A stretch of DNA of 64,000 nt, taken from NCBI GenBank assembly GCA_963764625.1, contig CAVXTH010000009.1:640001-704000 (forward strand). Reading direction: 5' to 3'. Positions 8,634 to 18,756 of the stretch are shown in pieces. Numbering within the stretch: the first letter of the stretch is position 1; every line of letters starts with the position of its first letter. Made by a program: the position numbers and the translations under genes. Under the pieces are notes generated by a model, which was not told where the DNA came from, searched no databases, and saw only the letters and a list, made by a program, of their open reading frames with translations. This DNA comes from Candidatus Krumholzibacteriota bacterium (GTDB lineage: Bacteria; Krumholzibacteriota; Krumholzibacteriia; JAJRXK01).

Positions 8634-10439
8634 GTGACGCAAGCCATACGCATTGCCAACGCCGGAGGCTATTGGGGAGATGACCTCAGCGTGCTGCGGC
8701 GACAGCTCGAGGGCGGGGCCCTGGATGTCATCACGATCGACTATCTGGCCGAAATCACGATGTCCATCCTCCAGAAACAGCACAGCCGAAACCACAAACT
8801 GGGCTATGCGCACGATTTCGTCGATCAAGTGCGCGAGGTCCTGCCACTACTGGTCGAAACGGGCACCAAGATCATCACCAATGCAGGGGGCGTGAACCCC
8901 TTTTCCTGCCGCGACGAATTGCTGAAAATCGCCGAGGAAAACTCGAGCCCATTGAGAGTGGGACTCGTGGCGGGGGACGAGGTCCTCGAGTCTCTTTCCA
9001 CTTGGCACGAGCAGGGCGAAGCGCTCACCAACATGGACGACGGACGGGATTTCGCGGAAGCGACGGGAAAATTCACCAGCGCGAACGTCTATTTCGGAGC
9101 CGCTCCGGTAGTGGAGGCCCTGAAACTCGACGCTCAGGTCATCGTCACCGGTCGGGTCACCGACACCGGCATCTCACTCGCGCCGATGATTCACCGCTTC
9201 GGCTGGAAGTGGGACGACTACGACCAACTCGCGGCCGGAATCGTCGCCGCGCACATTCTCGAGTGCGGAGCCCAGAGCACGGGAGGGAATTTCACCGATT
9301 GGAAACGGGTGCCGAGTTTCCACGATGTTGGCTATCCGATCGTCGAAATGCAGCCCGACGGGTCCTTCTTCGTCACCAAGCACGAGGGCACTGGCGGATT
9401 GGTGTGCGTGGAAACCGTAAAGGAACAACTCGTCTACGAAATGGGCGATCCGAGTTCCTACATCACGCCCGACGTGGTGGCTGCCTTCGCTTCGATCAAA
9501 CTGGAGCAGGCGGGGAAGAACCGCGTGCGAGTCTGGGGGATCAAAGGAGCGCCGCCCACGGACACGCTCAAGATTTCGGCCAGCTTGCGCGAGGGATACA
9601 AGGCTAGCGGCGCCGTCATCATCTGCGGTCCGCAAGCTCGCGCCAAGGGAGAGACCTTCGCCGACATCCTGTGGAAGCGACTTCCCGAATATGAGGAGCG
9701 CTTGGTGGAATTCGTGGGAGCGGATGCCACCTGGGGATCCATGTCACCTACCCACGATGCCAGCGAAATCTATCTGCGCATGGGCGTCCGCGATAAGAGC
9801 CGTCCCAAGATCATGGCGTTCTCCAAGATGCTCGCCGCATTGATTCTCTCCGGACCTCCCGGAGTCGCCGTCACCGGCGGCAGGCCTCGGGTGCAAGAGG
9901 TCGTCGGGTACTGGCCCTGTCTGATCCCCAGGAGCCGATGCGAAGCGGTGGTGGAGGTCTCTGATTCGGCCGGCACGGAGAAACTCGAAGTGTCTTTCGG
10001 CAAGGGCACGGGCGACGGTCGCTGTCCAGTAGAGGCGGGAGTTTCCGAGGCCCAGACCCTTCGCCCCAGTGGTAGACTCGTCAGGGTACCGCTGCACCGG
10101 CTGGCGCACGGACGCAGCGGCGACAAGGGGGACACCAGCAACATCGGGGTGATCGCTCGCCATCCGAGCATCTATCCCTGGCTGAAGGAGACCCTCACCG
10201 AAGAGACGGTACAGCGGCGTTTCGAGGGAATCTGTCACGGCGGAGTGAAACGCTTCGAGGTTCCCAATCTGCACGCGTTGAATTTCCTTCTCTTCGAGTC
10301 ACTCGGTGGAGGGGGTACCTTTTCGCTGCACATCGACGCTCAGGGAAAGACCTATGCCCCTGCGCTGCTGGCCATGGAGTTCGAGGTGGACGAGGCACTG
10401 GTGAGTGCGGCGGATTCGACGCGAGGAGACGAGTCATGA
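8634..10439 (+). CDS. acyclic terpene utilization AtuA family protein (DUF1446)
   Basis: IRIANAGGYWGD, DYLAEITM, GRVTD, HILECGAQSTGGNF, EQLVYE, RSGDKGD, DAQGKT. Confidence 0.9.
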   Translation: MTQAIRIANAGGYWGDDLSVLRRQLEGGALDVITIDYLAEITMSILQKQHSRNHKLGYAHDFVDQVREVLPLLVETGTKIITNAGGVNPFSCRDELLKIAEENSSPLRVGLVAGDEVLESLSTWHEQGEALTNMDDGRDFAEATGKFTSANVYFGAAPVVEALKLDAQVIVTGRVTDTGISLAPMIHRFGWKWDDYDQLAAGIVAAHILECGAQSTGGNFTDWKRVPSFHDVGYPIVEMQPDGSFFVTKHEGTGGLVCVETVKEQLVYEMGDPSSYITPDVVAAFASIKLEQAGKNRVRVWGIKGAPPTDTLKISASLREGYKASGAVIICGPQARAKGETFADILWKRLPEYEERLVEFVGADATWGSMSPTHDASEIYLRMGVRDKSRPKIMAFSKMLAALILSGPPGVAVTGGRPRVQEVVGYWPCLIPRSRCEAVVEVSDSAGTEKLEVSFGKGTGDGRCPVEAGVSEAQTLRPSGRLVRVPLHRLAHGRSGDKGDTSNIGVIARHPSIYPWLKETLTEETVQRRFEGICHGGVKRFEVPNLHALNFLLFESLGGGGTFSLHIDAQGKTYAPALLAMEFEVDEALVSAADSTRGDES

Positions 10440-11234
10440 GCGACAAACTGATGCAAATCTGCCAAGGGCTCCACGCGTGAGCTACGTCTGAACCGACCCG
10501 AGATTCGCAACGCCCTCGACGAAGAACTCATCGAGGAACTCACCGACGGCATCCACGCCGCGGCTGCGGACTCGGCCGTGCGCTTCGTGCTGCTGAGTGG
10601 GGCGGGGAAGTCCTTCTGTGCCGGCGCGGACATCGGGTACATGCGCCGCCTGGCCGAATACGACCACGAAGACAATCTCGCCGACGCGCGCACGCTGAGC
10701 GCGCTTTACGAAGCCATCTCCGCCTGTCCCAAGCCGGTCGTCGCGCGGGTCCAGGGCGCGGCAATCGGCGGAGGCCTCGGCCTCGTCGCCGCGGCCGACG
10801 TGGTGGTGGCCGCACAGGGGACGAAGTTCGGTCTGACCGAGGCACGGTTGGGAATTCTCCCGGCGGTGATCTCCCCCTTCGTGTTGCGACGTCTGGGACC
10901 GGGAGCCTGTCGCACACTTTTCCTGAGCACCCAGATCTTCACCGCCAACAAGGCGCAGCGTCTGGGTCTTGTGGACGAGATCGCGCCACTCGCAGAGCTG
11001 GATGCCACCGTCGACGTCATCCTGAAAGAACTGAGTCTGGGAGGGCCGAAGGCGCAAGCCGAATGCAAACGTCTTCTGGACGAAATTGGATCTCTGCCTC
11101 TTTCCGAAGCGAAGAAGATCACTCCGGAATACATCGCGACGCAACGGGCGACCGACGAGGCCAAAGAGGGGTTCGACGCCTACTTCGAGAAGCGTCCCAC
11201 GAAGTGGGTGGCCGAATTCGAGGAGGAAGAATGA
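10436..11234 (+). CDS. enoyl-CoA hydratase (methylglutaconyl-CoA hydratase-like) with an apparent frameshift near the 5' end
   Basis: LRLNRPEIRNALD, FCAGAD, AIGGGLGL, LTEARLGILP. ATG 10436 (ATGA overlap with atuA) stops at 10478-10480, while the conserved domain is in another frame open only from 10452. Confidence 0.82.
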
Positions 11235-12769
11235 GCCAACCGATCCGCCGCATCCTGGTCGCGAACCGCGGCGAAATCGCGGTGAGGGTCATGCGGGCTT
11301 GCCGTGAACTCGGCATCTCCTGCGTTGCTGTCGCAAGCGAGGCCGATCGCTTCGCCCTTCACGCACAGCTGGCCAACGAGGTGGTGGTGATCGGGGAGGC
11401 CGAGGCCAGCAAGAGCTATCTGGTGATGGACAAAATCCTGGAGGCGGCTCGCGCCAGCGGGTGCGACGCGATTCATCCAGGGTATGGTTTCTTGGCCGAA
11501 AATGCCCAGTTCGCCCAGGCTTGCTCCGACGCCGGTCTGATCTTCATCGGACCCACGCCTTCGGTCATCGAGGAGATGGGCCTCAAGACGCGGGCCCGCG
11601 CGCGTATGGAGGCGGCGGGAGTGCCAGTGGTGCCCGGCGCGCTTCTCGGCGCCAAGGCCACGGAATCCGCGATCGCGAAGGCCGCCAAGAGCGTGGGTTT
11701 CCCCCTGCTCGTGAAAGCCGCTGCCGGGGGTGGAGGCAAGGGCATGAGGGCGGTGCAGGCGCCGAAAGATCTGGCCGATGCAGTGGCGGCGGCGCGGCGC
11801 GAAGCTCTCTCCGCCTTCGGGAACGAGGAAGTCTATCTGGAAAGGCTGCTCGCGCGGCCGCGCCACATCGAAGTCCAGGTATTGGGGGACACGCACGGAA
11901 ATGTCATGCACCTCGGTGAGCGCGAGTGTTCGATTCAGCGCCGTCACCAGAAGATCATCGAAGAATCGCCGGCGCCCTCTCTGGGGGAGGACCTTCGCGC
12001 GCGTATGCATGAGACCGCGGTGCGGGCGGCGCGCGCGGTTTCCTACACCGGCGCGGGTACGGTGGAGATGCTCCTGGACGAAAGCGGCGCGTTCTTCTTC
12101 CTGGAGATGAATACGCGCCTGCAAGTGGAGCACCCGGTCACCGAGTGGGTAACCGGCATCGACCTCGTGGCCCAACAGATTCACGTCGCGCAGGGGGAAG
12201 CACTGGGCCTGAAGCAGGAAGACATCAAAGCCCGCGGACACAGCATCGAAGCGCGCCTCTACGCCGAGGATCCAGCCGAGGGGTTCATGCCGCGGACCGG
12301 TGAGGTCCTGCTCTTCGAGGCCCCGGCGGGGCCAGGAGTTCGCGTCGACACCGGAATTACCACCGGAGCCGAAATCTCCCTCTACTACGACCCCCTGATC
12401 GCGAAGCTCTCCACCTGGGCGGAAGACCGTGATGGCGCGCGGCGACGCATGCTGCAGGCCCTGAAGGAGACGGTTCTTCTGGGCGTAGGGAGCAACCTCA
12501 CGTATCTCCATGCCGTCCTCGCGCACCCGCAGTTCGCGCAGGGTCATACGCATACCGGCTTCTTGCCCCAGTACTTCGAAGGCTGGAAGCCGGACGCAGG
12601 AACGGAGAGTGAGGAGGAAGGTCAGGCAATGCTCGCGGTCGCGGCGACCGTTCTCAGCCGCGGGCCCCGAGGCGGGCATGGGCCAGGGCGGTCACGCCCC
12701 GGCGGAGGAGAGGAGATCCAGGGCCCATGGTCACGACTGGCCGCCCTTCGACTGAGGGGAGGAGCATGA
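11231..12769 (+). CDS. biotin carboxylase subunit of an acyl-CoA (methylcrotonyl-CoA) carboxylase
   Basis: ILVANRGEIA, HPGYGFLAEN, GGGGKGMR, RECSIQRRHQK, EMNTRLQVEH, YYDPLIAK; ATGA overlap with the upstream gene. Confidence 0.93.
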   Translation: MSQPIRRILVANRGEIAVRVMRACRELGISCVAVASEADRFALHAQLANEVVVIGEAEASKSYLVMDKILEAARASGCDAIHPGYGFLAENAQFAQACSDAGLIFIGPTPSVIEEMGLKTRARARMEAAGVPVVPGALLGAKATESAIAKAAKSVGFPLLVKAAAGGGGKGMRAVQAPKDLADAVAAARREALSAFGNEEVYLERLLARPRHIEVQVLGDTHGNVMHLGERECSIQRRHQKIIEESPAPSLGEDLRARMHETAVRAARAVSYTGAGTVEMLLDESGAFFFLEMNTRLQVEHPVTEWVTGIDLVAQQIHVAQGEALGLKQEDIKARGHSIEARLYAEDPAEGFMPRTGEVLLFEAPAGPGVRVDTGITTGAEISLYYDPLIAKLSTWAEDRDGARRRMLQALKETVLLGVGSNLTYLHAVLAHPQFAQGHTHTGFLPQYFEGWKPDAGTESEEEGQAMLAVAATVLSRGPRGGHGPGRSRPGGGEEIQGPWSRLAALRLRGGA

Positions 12770-13275
12770 TGGAGCTACGACTGCAGGAAAAGGGGAAGAG
12801 GCACGTTCTCCGGTGCGAGCCCGAGGACAATGCCCTGCGTCTGAGCGTCGAGGACGGGGAGAGCTTCCTCTGTTCGGTCGAGGCTCAGGACGACAATGCG
12901 CTTCTCTTGCGAGTGGGAGACAAATTGGTGCGCGCGCGATACGCGCGCAAAGGGCACGAGCTGTGGGTCCAGGTCGGTGCTCGCGTTTCGAGTTTTCGAC
13001 TCCTGGACGAAGAGGATGAAGAGGACGTCGATGCATCCGCGGGAAGTCCCGTGGTGCGCGCACCGATGCCGGGGAAAGTGCTGGCTCTGCTGGTCGAGGA
13101 AGGGCAGGAAGTCCAGCTCGGACAGGCGGTGGTGAGAGTGGAGGCGATGAAGATGGAAGTGGAACTGCCGGCCACGGTGGCAGGCACGGTGGAGACGATT
13201 CACGCCCAGGCCGAAGAGCTCGTCCTACCCGATGCGCCGCTGGTGACGATCAAGCCGCACGAAGAGGCGGACTGA
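12766..13275 (+). CDS. biotin carboxyl carrier protein
   Basis: RAPMPGKV...EAMKME biotinylation motif; ATGA overlap and RBS GGAGG. Confidence 0.9.
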   Translation: MMELRLQEKGKRHVLRCEPEDNALRLSVEDGESFLCSVEAQDDNALLLRVGDKLVRARYARKGHELWVQVGARVSSFRLLDEEDEEDVDASAGSPVVRAPMPGKVLALLVEEGQEVQLGQAVVRVEAMKMEVELPATVAGTVETIHAQAEELVLPDAPLVTIKPHEEAD

Positions 13276-13279
13276 AGGA

Positions 13280-14176
13280 GTGGCCCTGCGCTCGCTCTTT
13301 TCCGATTCCAAGCATCGTGCCGATCTGGCCATGCTCCTGGTGACCCTCTTCTGGGGGCTCACCTTTCCTCTCATTCGCGCCGCCGTGAGCACGCTGGATC
13401 CCCTGGTTTTCGTGGTCCTGCGTTTCTCTCTGGCGCTGGTCGTGTTCCTACCTTTCGTCGTCTTCAGCGCCAGAGTCAGGCGAAGTCTTCGCGCCGCGGT
13501 TTTCCCCGGACTGATCCTGGGGCTCTTGGCCGGTGGTGGCTACATCACCCAAACTCTCGGATTGACTTCCATCTCTGCCGGTCGAGCCGCTTTCATCACC
13601 GGCTTGAGCGTCATTCTGGTGCCCTTGCTTTCCCCGATCTTCCGGGCGGGTCGCCCCCGGCGCATCGAGATTCTGGCCGCGTTAACCGCGACCCTGGGTC
13701 TCTTTCTTCTCACCGATCCGCGCGCGGGGGGAATCACGCGCGGTGACCTCCTGGTCTTGGCGTGTGCGGCCATCTACGCGGTCTACATCCACGTCCTGCA
13801 GATTTTTTTGCGTCGACAGCCCGATTCGGTGGCTCTGGCCTTTCTGCAGATCGTGGGAATCGCGGCTCTGGCCGGCGCGTGTCTGCCCCTGGCCGACCCC
13901 GGACCGCTCCGCTTCACCCCGATGGCCTGGGTGGCCCTGCTCTTCACCGCCACTTTCGCCACCGGCGGGACCACCTGGCTTCAAACTCACTTTCAGGGAC
14001 GCACCACACCGCAGCGGACCGCGCTCATCTTCTCCATGGAGCCGGTGTTCGCCACCCTCTTCGCCTACTGGATGCTGGGAGAGGTCCTTTCCACGCTCGG
14101 CCAGTTGGGCGCGCTGCTCATTTTGATCTCTGTGACGGGCGCGGAGCTTTTGGATCGGCCGAAACCGAAGAGCTAG
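13280..14176 (+). CDS. DMT/EamA family transporter
   Basis: About 10 hydrophobic segments; FWGLTF, AAFITGL, GDLL, IFSMEPVFA. Confidence 0.88.
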   Translation: MALRSLFSDSKHRADLAMLLVTLFWGLTFPLIRAAVSTLDPLVFVVLRFSLALVVFLPFVVFSARVRRSLRAAVFPGLILGLLAGGGYITQTLGLTSISAGRAAFITGLSVILVPLLSPIFRAGRPRRIEILAALTATLGLFLLTDPRAGGITRGDLLVLACAAIYAVYIHVLQIFLRRQPDSVALAFLQIVGIAALAGACLPLADPGPLRFTPMAWVALLFTATFATGGTTWLQTHFQGRTTPQRTALIFSMEPVFATLFAYWMLGEVLSTLGQLGALLILISVTGAELLDRPKPKS

Positions 14177-14224
14177 TGTATTCTGCGGCCCGAATTTATC
14201 CCTCGGGCTGACGCCCCGAAACCA

Positions 14225-15592
14225 GTGGCGAATGGCATGACTCTCACCAGTGCACAAATCGAGCGCACGATGCGCCTCTCCATTTGGGAGGGCACGGCGT
14301 GGGCCGTGATGGTGGGACTGGGAGAGACCTATTTCATCGCCGACGCAGTTCGCCTGCACGCCAGCGCTCTCCAACTCGCCCTGACGATCACGCTCCCATT
14401 GGCTCTCGCCGGGGCGGGACCTCTGACCGTGCTCGGATTCCTGGGGCAACGAGTCCGCCGAAAGTCGCTCGTGATCTCCGCCGTGTTGGCGCAAGCCCTC
14501 GTACTCGTGAGTCTGAGCGTCACCGAACACCTCGGAGCTTCGACTCCGTCGCGTCTGATCGCCCTCGTGTGTCTTTACCAGATCATGGGGCAGGGGGCGG
14601 GGACGGCGTGGTCGTCGTGGATCAGCGACTTGGTGCCCCACGAAGTCCGCGGCCGGTATTTCGGCCGACGGAATCGAGGGGTGTACATCGGGAGCTGCGT
14701 GGGACTGGTCACCACCGGCATTCTCCTGCATTGGCTGGAACCGGTGGCTCCCGGACAGGGAGTGGGGGTGGTCGGAGGCACGGGGTTCGAACTCGCGTTC
14801 CTGCTGGCCGCTGCATTTCGGGTCGTGTCGGGAACCCTCTTGTGTCTCTCCTCCGAGCCCGAGTTCACGGGATTGGCGCATCGCGAGCAGGCGCTGCGAT
14901 TTTTGAAGAGCGACCGCGGCACGCGCGCATTTTGGCTTCTGGGTCTGGTGGCCCTTTTTCACTTCGCCGTGTATACGAGCGCGCCCTACTACGGGGCCTT
15001 CATGCTCGAGACCCTACGCTTCAGCTACCTGGAGTACATGAGCGTGACGGTGGCGTTGATCGTCACCAAATCGCTGGTGACTCCCTGGTGGGGTGGCGTG
15101 ATCGACCGCTACAGCGCTCGTGGGGTGTGGATCCTGGCCCTGTTTGCGATCGCGGTGATCCCGGTTCCGTGGATCTTCGCGCACGGACTTCTGGTAATTC
15201 TGCTCGCCCAGCTCTGCTCGGGTGTCTCCTGGTCGGCCTTCGAGCTCAGCTACTTCACCCTGCTCCTGGAGTCCAGCACCCGTCGCACCAGACCTTCCCT
15301 TTTCGCCGCCCAGAGTTTACTCGTCGGCTGGTCGCAGCTCGGCGCGGGCGTGCTCGCGGCCTGGATGTTGCCGCTCTTGGGGAACGGCTACCGGGGCCTG
15401 TTTCTGGTGAGCGCGGTGGCGCGCCTGCTCGCGGCGATTACCGCCGGTGCGTTCATGCCGCGCGCCTCCGGATTGCGGGTGCCATCGATTCGGGGACAGG
15501 CGCTGCGCTTCCTCGGGATCCGAGCCCACGGGGGACTGGTGCGACGCCCGGTCTTTGAGAGCAGTCCCCCAGAGGAAGACGACACCCCCTAG
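14225..15592 (+). CDS. MFS transporter
   Basis: About 12 TM segments; WSSWISDLVP...RGRYFGRR, WGGVIDRYS. Confidence 0.82.
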   Translation: MANGMTLTSAQIERTMRLSIWEGTAWAVMVGLGETYFIADAVRLHASALQLALTITLPLALAGAGPLTVLGFLGQRVRRKSLVISAVLAQALVLVSLSVTEHLGASTPSRLIALVCLYQIMGQGAGTAWSSWISDLVPHEVRGRYFGRRNRGVYIGSCVGLVTTGILLHWLEPVAPGQGVGVVGGTGFELAFLLAAAFRVVSGTLLCLSSEPEFTGLAHREQALRFLKSDRGTRAFWLLGLVALFHFAVYTSAPYYGAFMLETLRFSYLEYMSVTVALIVTKSLVTPWWGGVIDRYSARGVWILALFAIAVIPVPWIFAHGLLVILLAQLCSGVSWSAFELSYFTLLLESSTRRTRPSLFAAQSLLVGWSQLGAGVLAAWMLPLLGNGYRGLFLVSAVARLLAAITAGAFMPRASGLRVPSIRGQALRFLGIRAHGGLVRRPVFESSPPEEDDTP

Positions 15593-15630
15593 CTTGCGGG
15601 GGGGCCGCCTTCCGGAGATTCCTCTAAAGC

Positions 15631-15731
15631 GTCGTAATTGACGACTTGACAGAGTCTCTTTCTTGAACTAGTCTTCGTAAGACTTGACGAGATAGAGTCA
15701 TAATTATTAATAAATCGTCGAAAGTTGCGAC
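15631..15731. promoter_or_regulatory. putative HipB operators, two GTCG-N7-CGAC palindromes in an AT-rich hipBA promoter
   Basis: GTCGTAATTGACGAC (15631-15645) and GTCGAAAGTTGCGAC (15717-15731, directly before the ATG), with TTGAC elements between them. Confidence 0.55.
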
Positions 15732-15732
15732 T

Positions 15733-16083
15733 ATGAAGCTCAGCCAATTGGAACGCGATACGGCGATCCTGGAGGAAGTGGGGGAGCGCCTCGCACGGCG
15801 CCGGATCGACCTGGGACTGACCCAGGCGGCCCTGGCCGAGCAGGCGGGTCTGGGCAAGCGCACGGTGGAGAGGATCGAGAGTGGGGAGTCCGCGCAGCTT
15901 GTGAGCCTAGTGCGGATTCTGCGCGTGCTCGAGTTGCTCTCCCGGCTCGATCTGCTCGTTCCCGAGCTCGGACCCCGCCCGATGGACCAGTTGCGGCGCA
16001 AGGGGAAGGAGCGGCGCCGCGCTTCCTCCCGTCATGAGACCAAGAAGGATCCCCAACCCTGGTCCTGGGACGACGAGAAATGA
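15733..16083 (+). CDS. hipB: XRE-family HTH antitoxin (HipB-like)
   Basis: LARRRIDLGLTQAALAEQAGLGKRTVERIESG HTH; Trp-containing C-terminal tail; ATGA overlap with hipA. Confidence 0.82.
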   Translation: MKLSQLERDTAILEEVGERLARRRIDLGLTQAALAEQAGLGKRTVERIESGESAQLVSLVRILRVLELLSRLDLLVPELGPRPMDQLRRKGKERRRASSRHETKKDPQPWSWDDEK

Positions 16084-17384
16084 GTCGCGTGGCCGAAGTC
16101 AAACTGTGGGGTTCCACCATCGGCGCCGTCTCACTGAGCGAAGACAGCGAAGTGGCTGCCTTCGAATACGACCCCCGCTTCGCGCGGAGTGGGATCGAAG
16201 TCGCACCGCTCACGATGCCACTTTCGCGGCGCGTCTATGCCTTCCCCGAACTGTCGCGAGCCTCCTTCCATGGGCTGCCCGGACTTTTGGCCGATTCGCT
16301 ACCCGACCGATTTGGAAATGCTCTCATCGATGCGTGGCTGGCCAGCCAGGGGCGCACGCCAGATTCCTTCAATGCCATCGAGCGTCTCTGTTACACGGGA
16401 GGCAGAGGGATGGGAGCCCTCGAGTTCGTTCCGGCCTTGGGTCCCAAGGCCAGGGGCGCGAGGCAAATCGAAATCGACAAACTCGTCGAGCTGGCTTCGG
16501 AGATCTTGACCCACCGCACCGAGCTCAGCGTTTCCTTCGCGGATGAGAGTAAAGGCCGGGCGCTCGGCGACATCCTGCGGGTGGGCACCTCTGCCGGGGG
16601 AGCGCGCGCAAAGGCGGTGATCGCCTGGAATCCCCTGACGAACGAGGTGCGCTCGGGTCAAGTGCCGACCGAAGAGGATTTCGAGTACTGGATTCTGAAA
16701 TTCGACGGGGTGCGGGGCAACAAAGACAGGGAACTCGACGATCCACAGGGCTATGGCGCGATCGAATACGCCTACTCCAAGATGGCCCGTGATTGTGGGA
16801 TCTCCATCAACGACTGCCGGCTCTTCGAGGAGAACGGCCGGCGGCATTTCATGATGCGTCGCTTCGATCGCCGCAGCGGGGGTGAGAAGCTGCACATGCA
16901 GTCCCTTGGCGCTCTAGCTCATTTCGATTTTCATCTCGCGGGTGCGTATTCGTACGAGCAGGCTCTGCTCGTCATTCGGCAGCTCGAGCTTCCCATGAGC
17001 AGCATCGAGGAGCAGTTTCGCCGCATGGTCTTCAACATCGTCGGCCGCAACCATGATGACCACGTCAAGAATATTGCCTTTTTGATGGATCGCTCCGGTC
17101 AGTGGTCGCTCTCGCCGGCTTTCGACATGACCTACAGCTTCAACCCTTCGGGCCGTTGGACCGCTCGCCACCAGATGAGCATGAACGGCAAACGCGAGGA
17201 TTTTGCCCTGGAGGATTTCAAAGCGTGCGCCAACTCGGCATCCATGAAGCGTGGGCGTGCCGAGACCATTCTCGGCGAAGTGGTCGAGGTCTTCTCGCGG
17301 TGGGCCGAATACGCGGACTCTACCGGAGTCGACCCGGACTGGCGCGAGCGCATTCAAAAGATTCTGCTCTTGGACTGGCACTGA
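16080..17384 (+). CDS. hipA: HipA family Ser/Thr kinase toxin
   Basis: LADSLPDRFG, GTSAGGARAK, ILKFD, RRFDR, NHDDHVKN, LSPAFD. Confidence 0.93.
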   Translation: MSRVAEVKLWGSTIGAVSLSEDSEVAAFEYDPRFARSGIEVAPLTMPLSRRVYAFPELSRASFHGLPGLLADSLPDRFGNALIDAWLASQGRTPDSFNAIERLCYTGGRGMGALEFVPALGPKARGARQIEIDKLVELASEILTHRTELSVSFADESKGRALGDILRVGTSAGGARAKAVIAWNPLTNEVRSGQVPTEEDFEYWILKFDGVRGNKDRELDDPQGYGAIEYAYSKMARDCGISINDCRLFEENGRRHFMMRRFDRRSGGEKLHMQSLGALAHFDFHLAGAYSYEQALLVIRQLELPMSSIEEQFRRMVFNIVGRNHDDHVKNIAFLMDRSGQWSLSPAFDMTYSFNPSGRWTARHQMSMNGKREDFALEDFKACANSASMKRGRAETILGEVVEVFSRWAEYADSTGVDPDWRERIQKILLLDWH

Positions 17385-17395
17385 GTGCCACGCAC

Positions 17396-17857
17396 TCAGC
17401 CTCTGTGGTACACCGCATCGAAGAGCTTCTTCCAATCGACGCCGTCTTGGGACATCTCCATGCTGGAAGCCATGAAGCCGGGCTTGGAAAGGTCGTAGAT
17501 GAGACGAACCCTCATCGGCTGACCATCGTGTCCCAGGGTCAGCACGTTTCCTTCGAATTTGCCGGTGAATACTTCGGGGGGCGAACCGATGGAGTCGATC
17601 CAGTAGAGAGTATAGAGTTCGCTGCGGGGATCGAAGGTGTAGACCCCGTGCCCCTGAAAGGTGATGACGCCATCGCGTTCCTGTAAGTAATCGGACACCA
17701 GGGCGAATCCCCCGACCGCCACGCGGCTGGTCGTCTTCCCCTTCGCCACCCCGCCCTTGGGATCCCAATGCGAGGGATACATCGTCTCGTTTCCCTCCCA
17801 CTCTCCGGCGAGATCCTCGAACTTTTTGTGACCGGGACTGAGCTGGGGCATCTCCAT
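17396..17857 (-). CDS. DUF1579-like beta-barrel protein
   Basis: LAGEWEG...FQGHGVYTFD...YWIDS pattern; RBS AGGAG upstream. Confidence 0.65.
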   Translation of the reverse strand: MEMPQLSPGHKKFEDLAGEWEGNETMYPSHWDPKGGVAKGKTTSRVAVGGFALVSDYLQERDGVITFQGHGVYTFDPRSELYTLYWIDSIGSPPEVFTGKFEGNVLTLGHDGQPMRVRLIYDLSKPGFMASSMEMSQDGVDWKKLFDAVYHRG

Positions 17858-17886
17858 ATTCGTCTCCTTAGCTGGGGGAGTTCTGG

Positions 17887-18756
17887 TCAGGCCTTGCCGG
17901 TAAACGGAAAGACGGGTCGCTCGAGCGGGAATGGTGCCTTGACGAAGCAGTTATCGCCCAGCCACGGAGCCAGCCGCGCCGCGTGCACGGAGAGCTTGTC
18001 GCTAAAGAAGTGGAATTCGATGACGCCGTCCAGCTCGTTTTTAAGGTAGGGGTAGAGCTCGTCCAGCGAAGGCACTCGCTCGCCCACGACATCCAAGAGG
18101 CGTAGGCAGCCCCCCTCGCGGGTGAAGAAGACCGCGCACTCCAGCTCGGGAATCTCGTAGGCGTGTTCACGCAAGCGGTGCAGGGCATGGAACATGACCA
18201 ACTTCGGGTTCAGGATGGCGAAGCGATCCGAGACCGGAGAGCGCCGTTGCGCGTACTGGTAGATCATGTCGCGATCAAGCTGCTTCGTGCAATCCAGTTT
18301 CTGCAATCCAGGGCGATGTGCGGCAGTTGGCGCGGGGACGCGCTCCACGTACTCCGGCAAAGGCTCGAAGCCACACCGCTGGTAGAAGGGAATGGCGTCT
18401 TCGTTGGCGAAGAGAAACACGCCCTCGTGTCGATCCTGGGCCCAGTCCAATCCGATTTCGGTCAACCGGCGGTTCAGCCCCTGTCGCCGCCACGGCGGCA
18501 GCGTGCCCACGCCGGAGATCTGCGCGAGACGGGTTTTTCTGCCATCCACCACCGCATCGAGCAGGTAGATACAGACACTCGCGACGACCCTGTCCTCTTC
18601 GAAGAAGGAAAAGGGGGTGTAGGCCTCATCCCAGTACCCGGCCGACTCCCACTCGCGGAAATCGAGCCCGAAGATTTCCTGCATGAAGGTCTTGAATGCG
18701 GTTCGAGCTCGAGGATCGTCCCAGTAGGCGGTCTTGAGTGTGAGCTTCGAGTTCAT
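17887..18756 (-). CDS. GNAT family N-acetyltransferase
   Basis: GVGTLPPWRRQGL motif A; FLFANEDAIPFYQRCGF; start MNSKLTLK overlaps the upstream stop (ATGA). Confidence 0.85.
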   Translation of the reverse strand: MNSKLTLKTAYWDDPRARTAFKTFMQEIFGLDFREWESAGYWDEAYTPFSFFEEDRVVASVCIYLLDAVVDGRKTRLAQISGVGTLPPWRRQGLNRRLTEIGLDWAQDRHEGVFLFANEDAIPFYQRCGFEPLPEYVERVPAPTAAHRPGLQKLDCTKQLDRDMIYQYAQRRSPVSDRFAILNPKLVMFHALHRLREHAYEIPELECAVFFTREGGCLRLLDVVGERVPSLDELYPYLKNELDGVIEFHFFSDKLSVHAARLAPWLGDNCFVKAPFPLERPVFPFTGKA

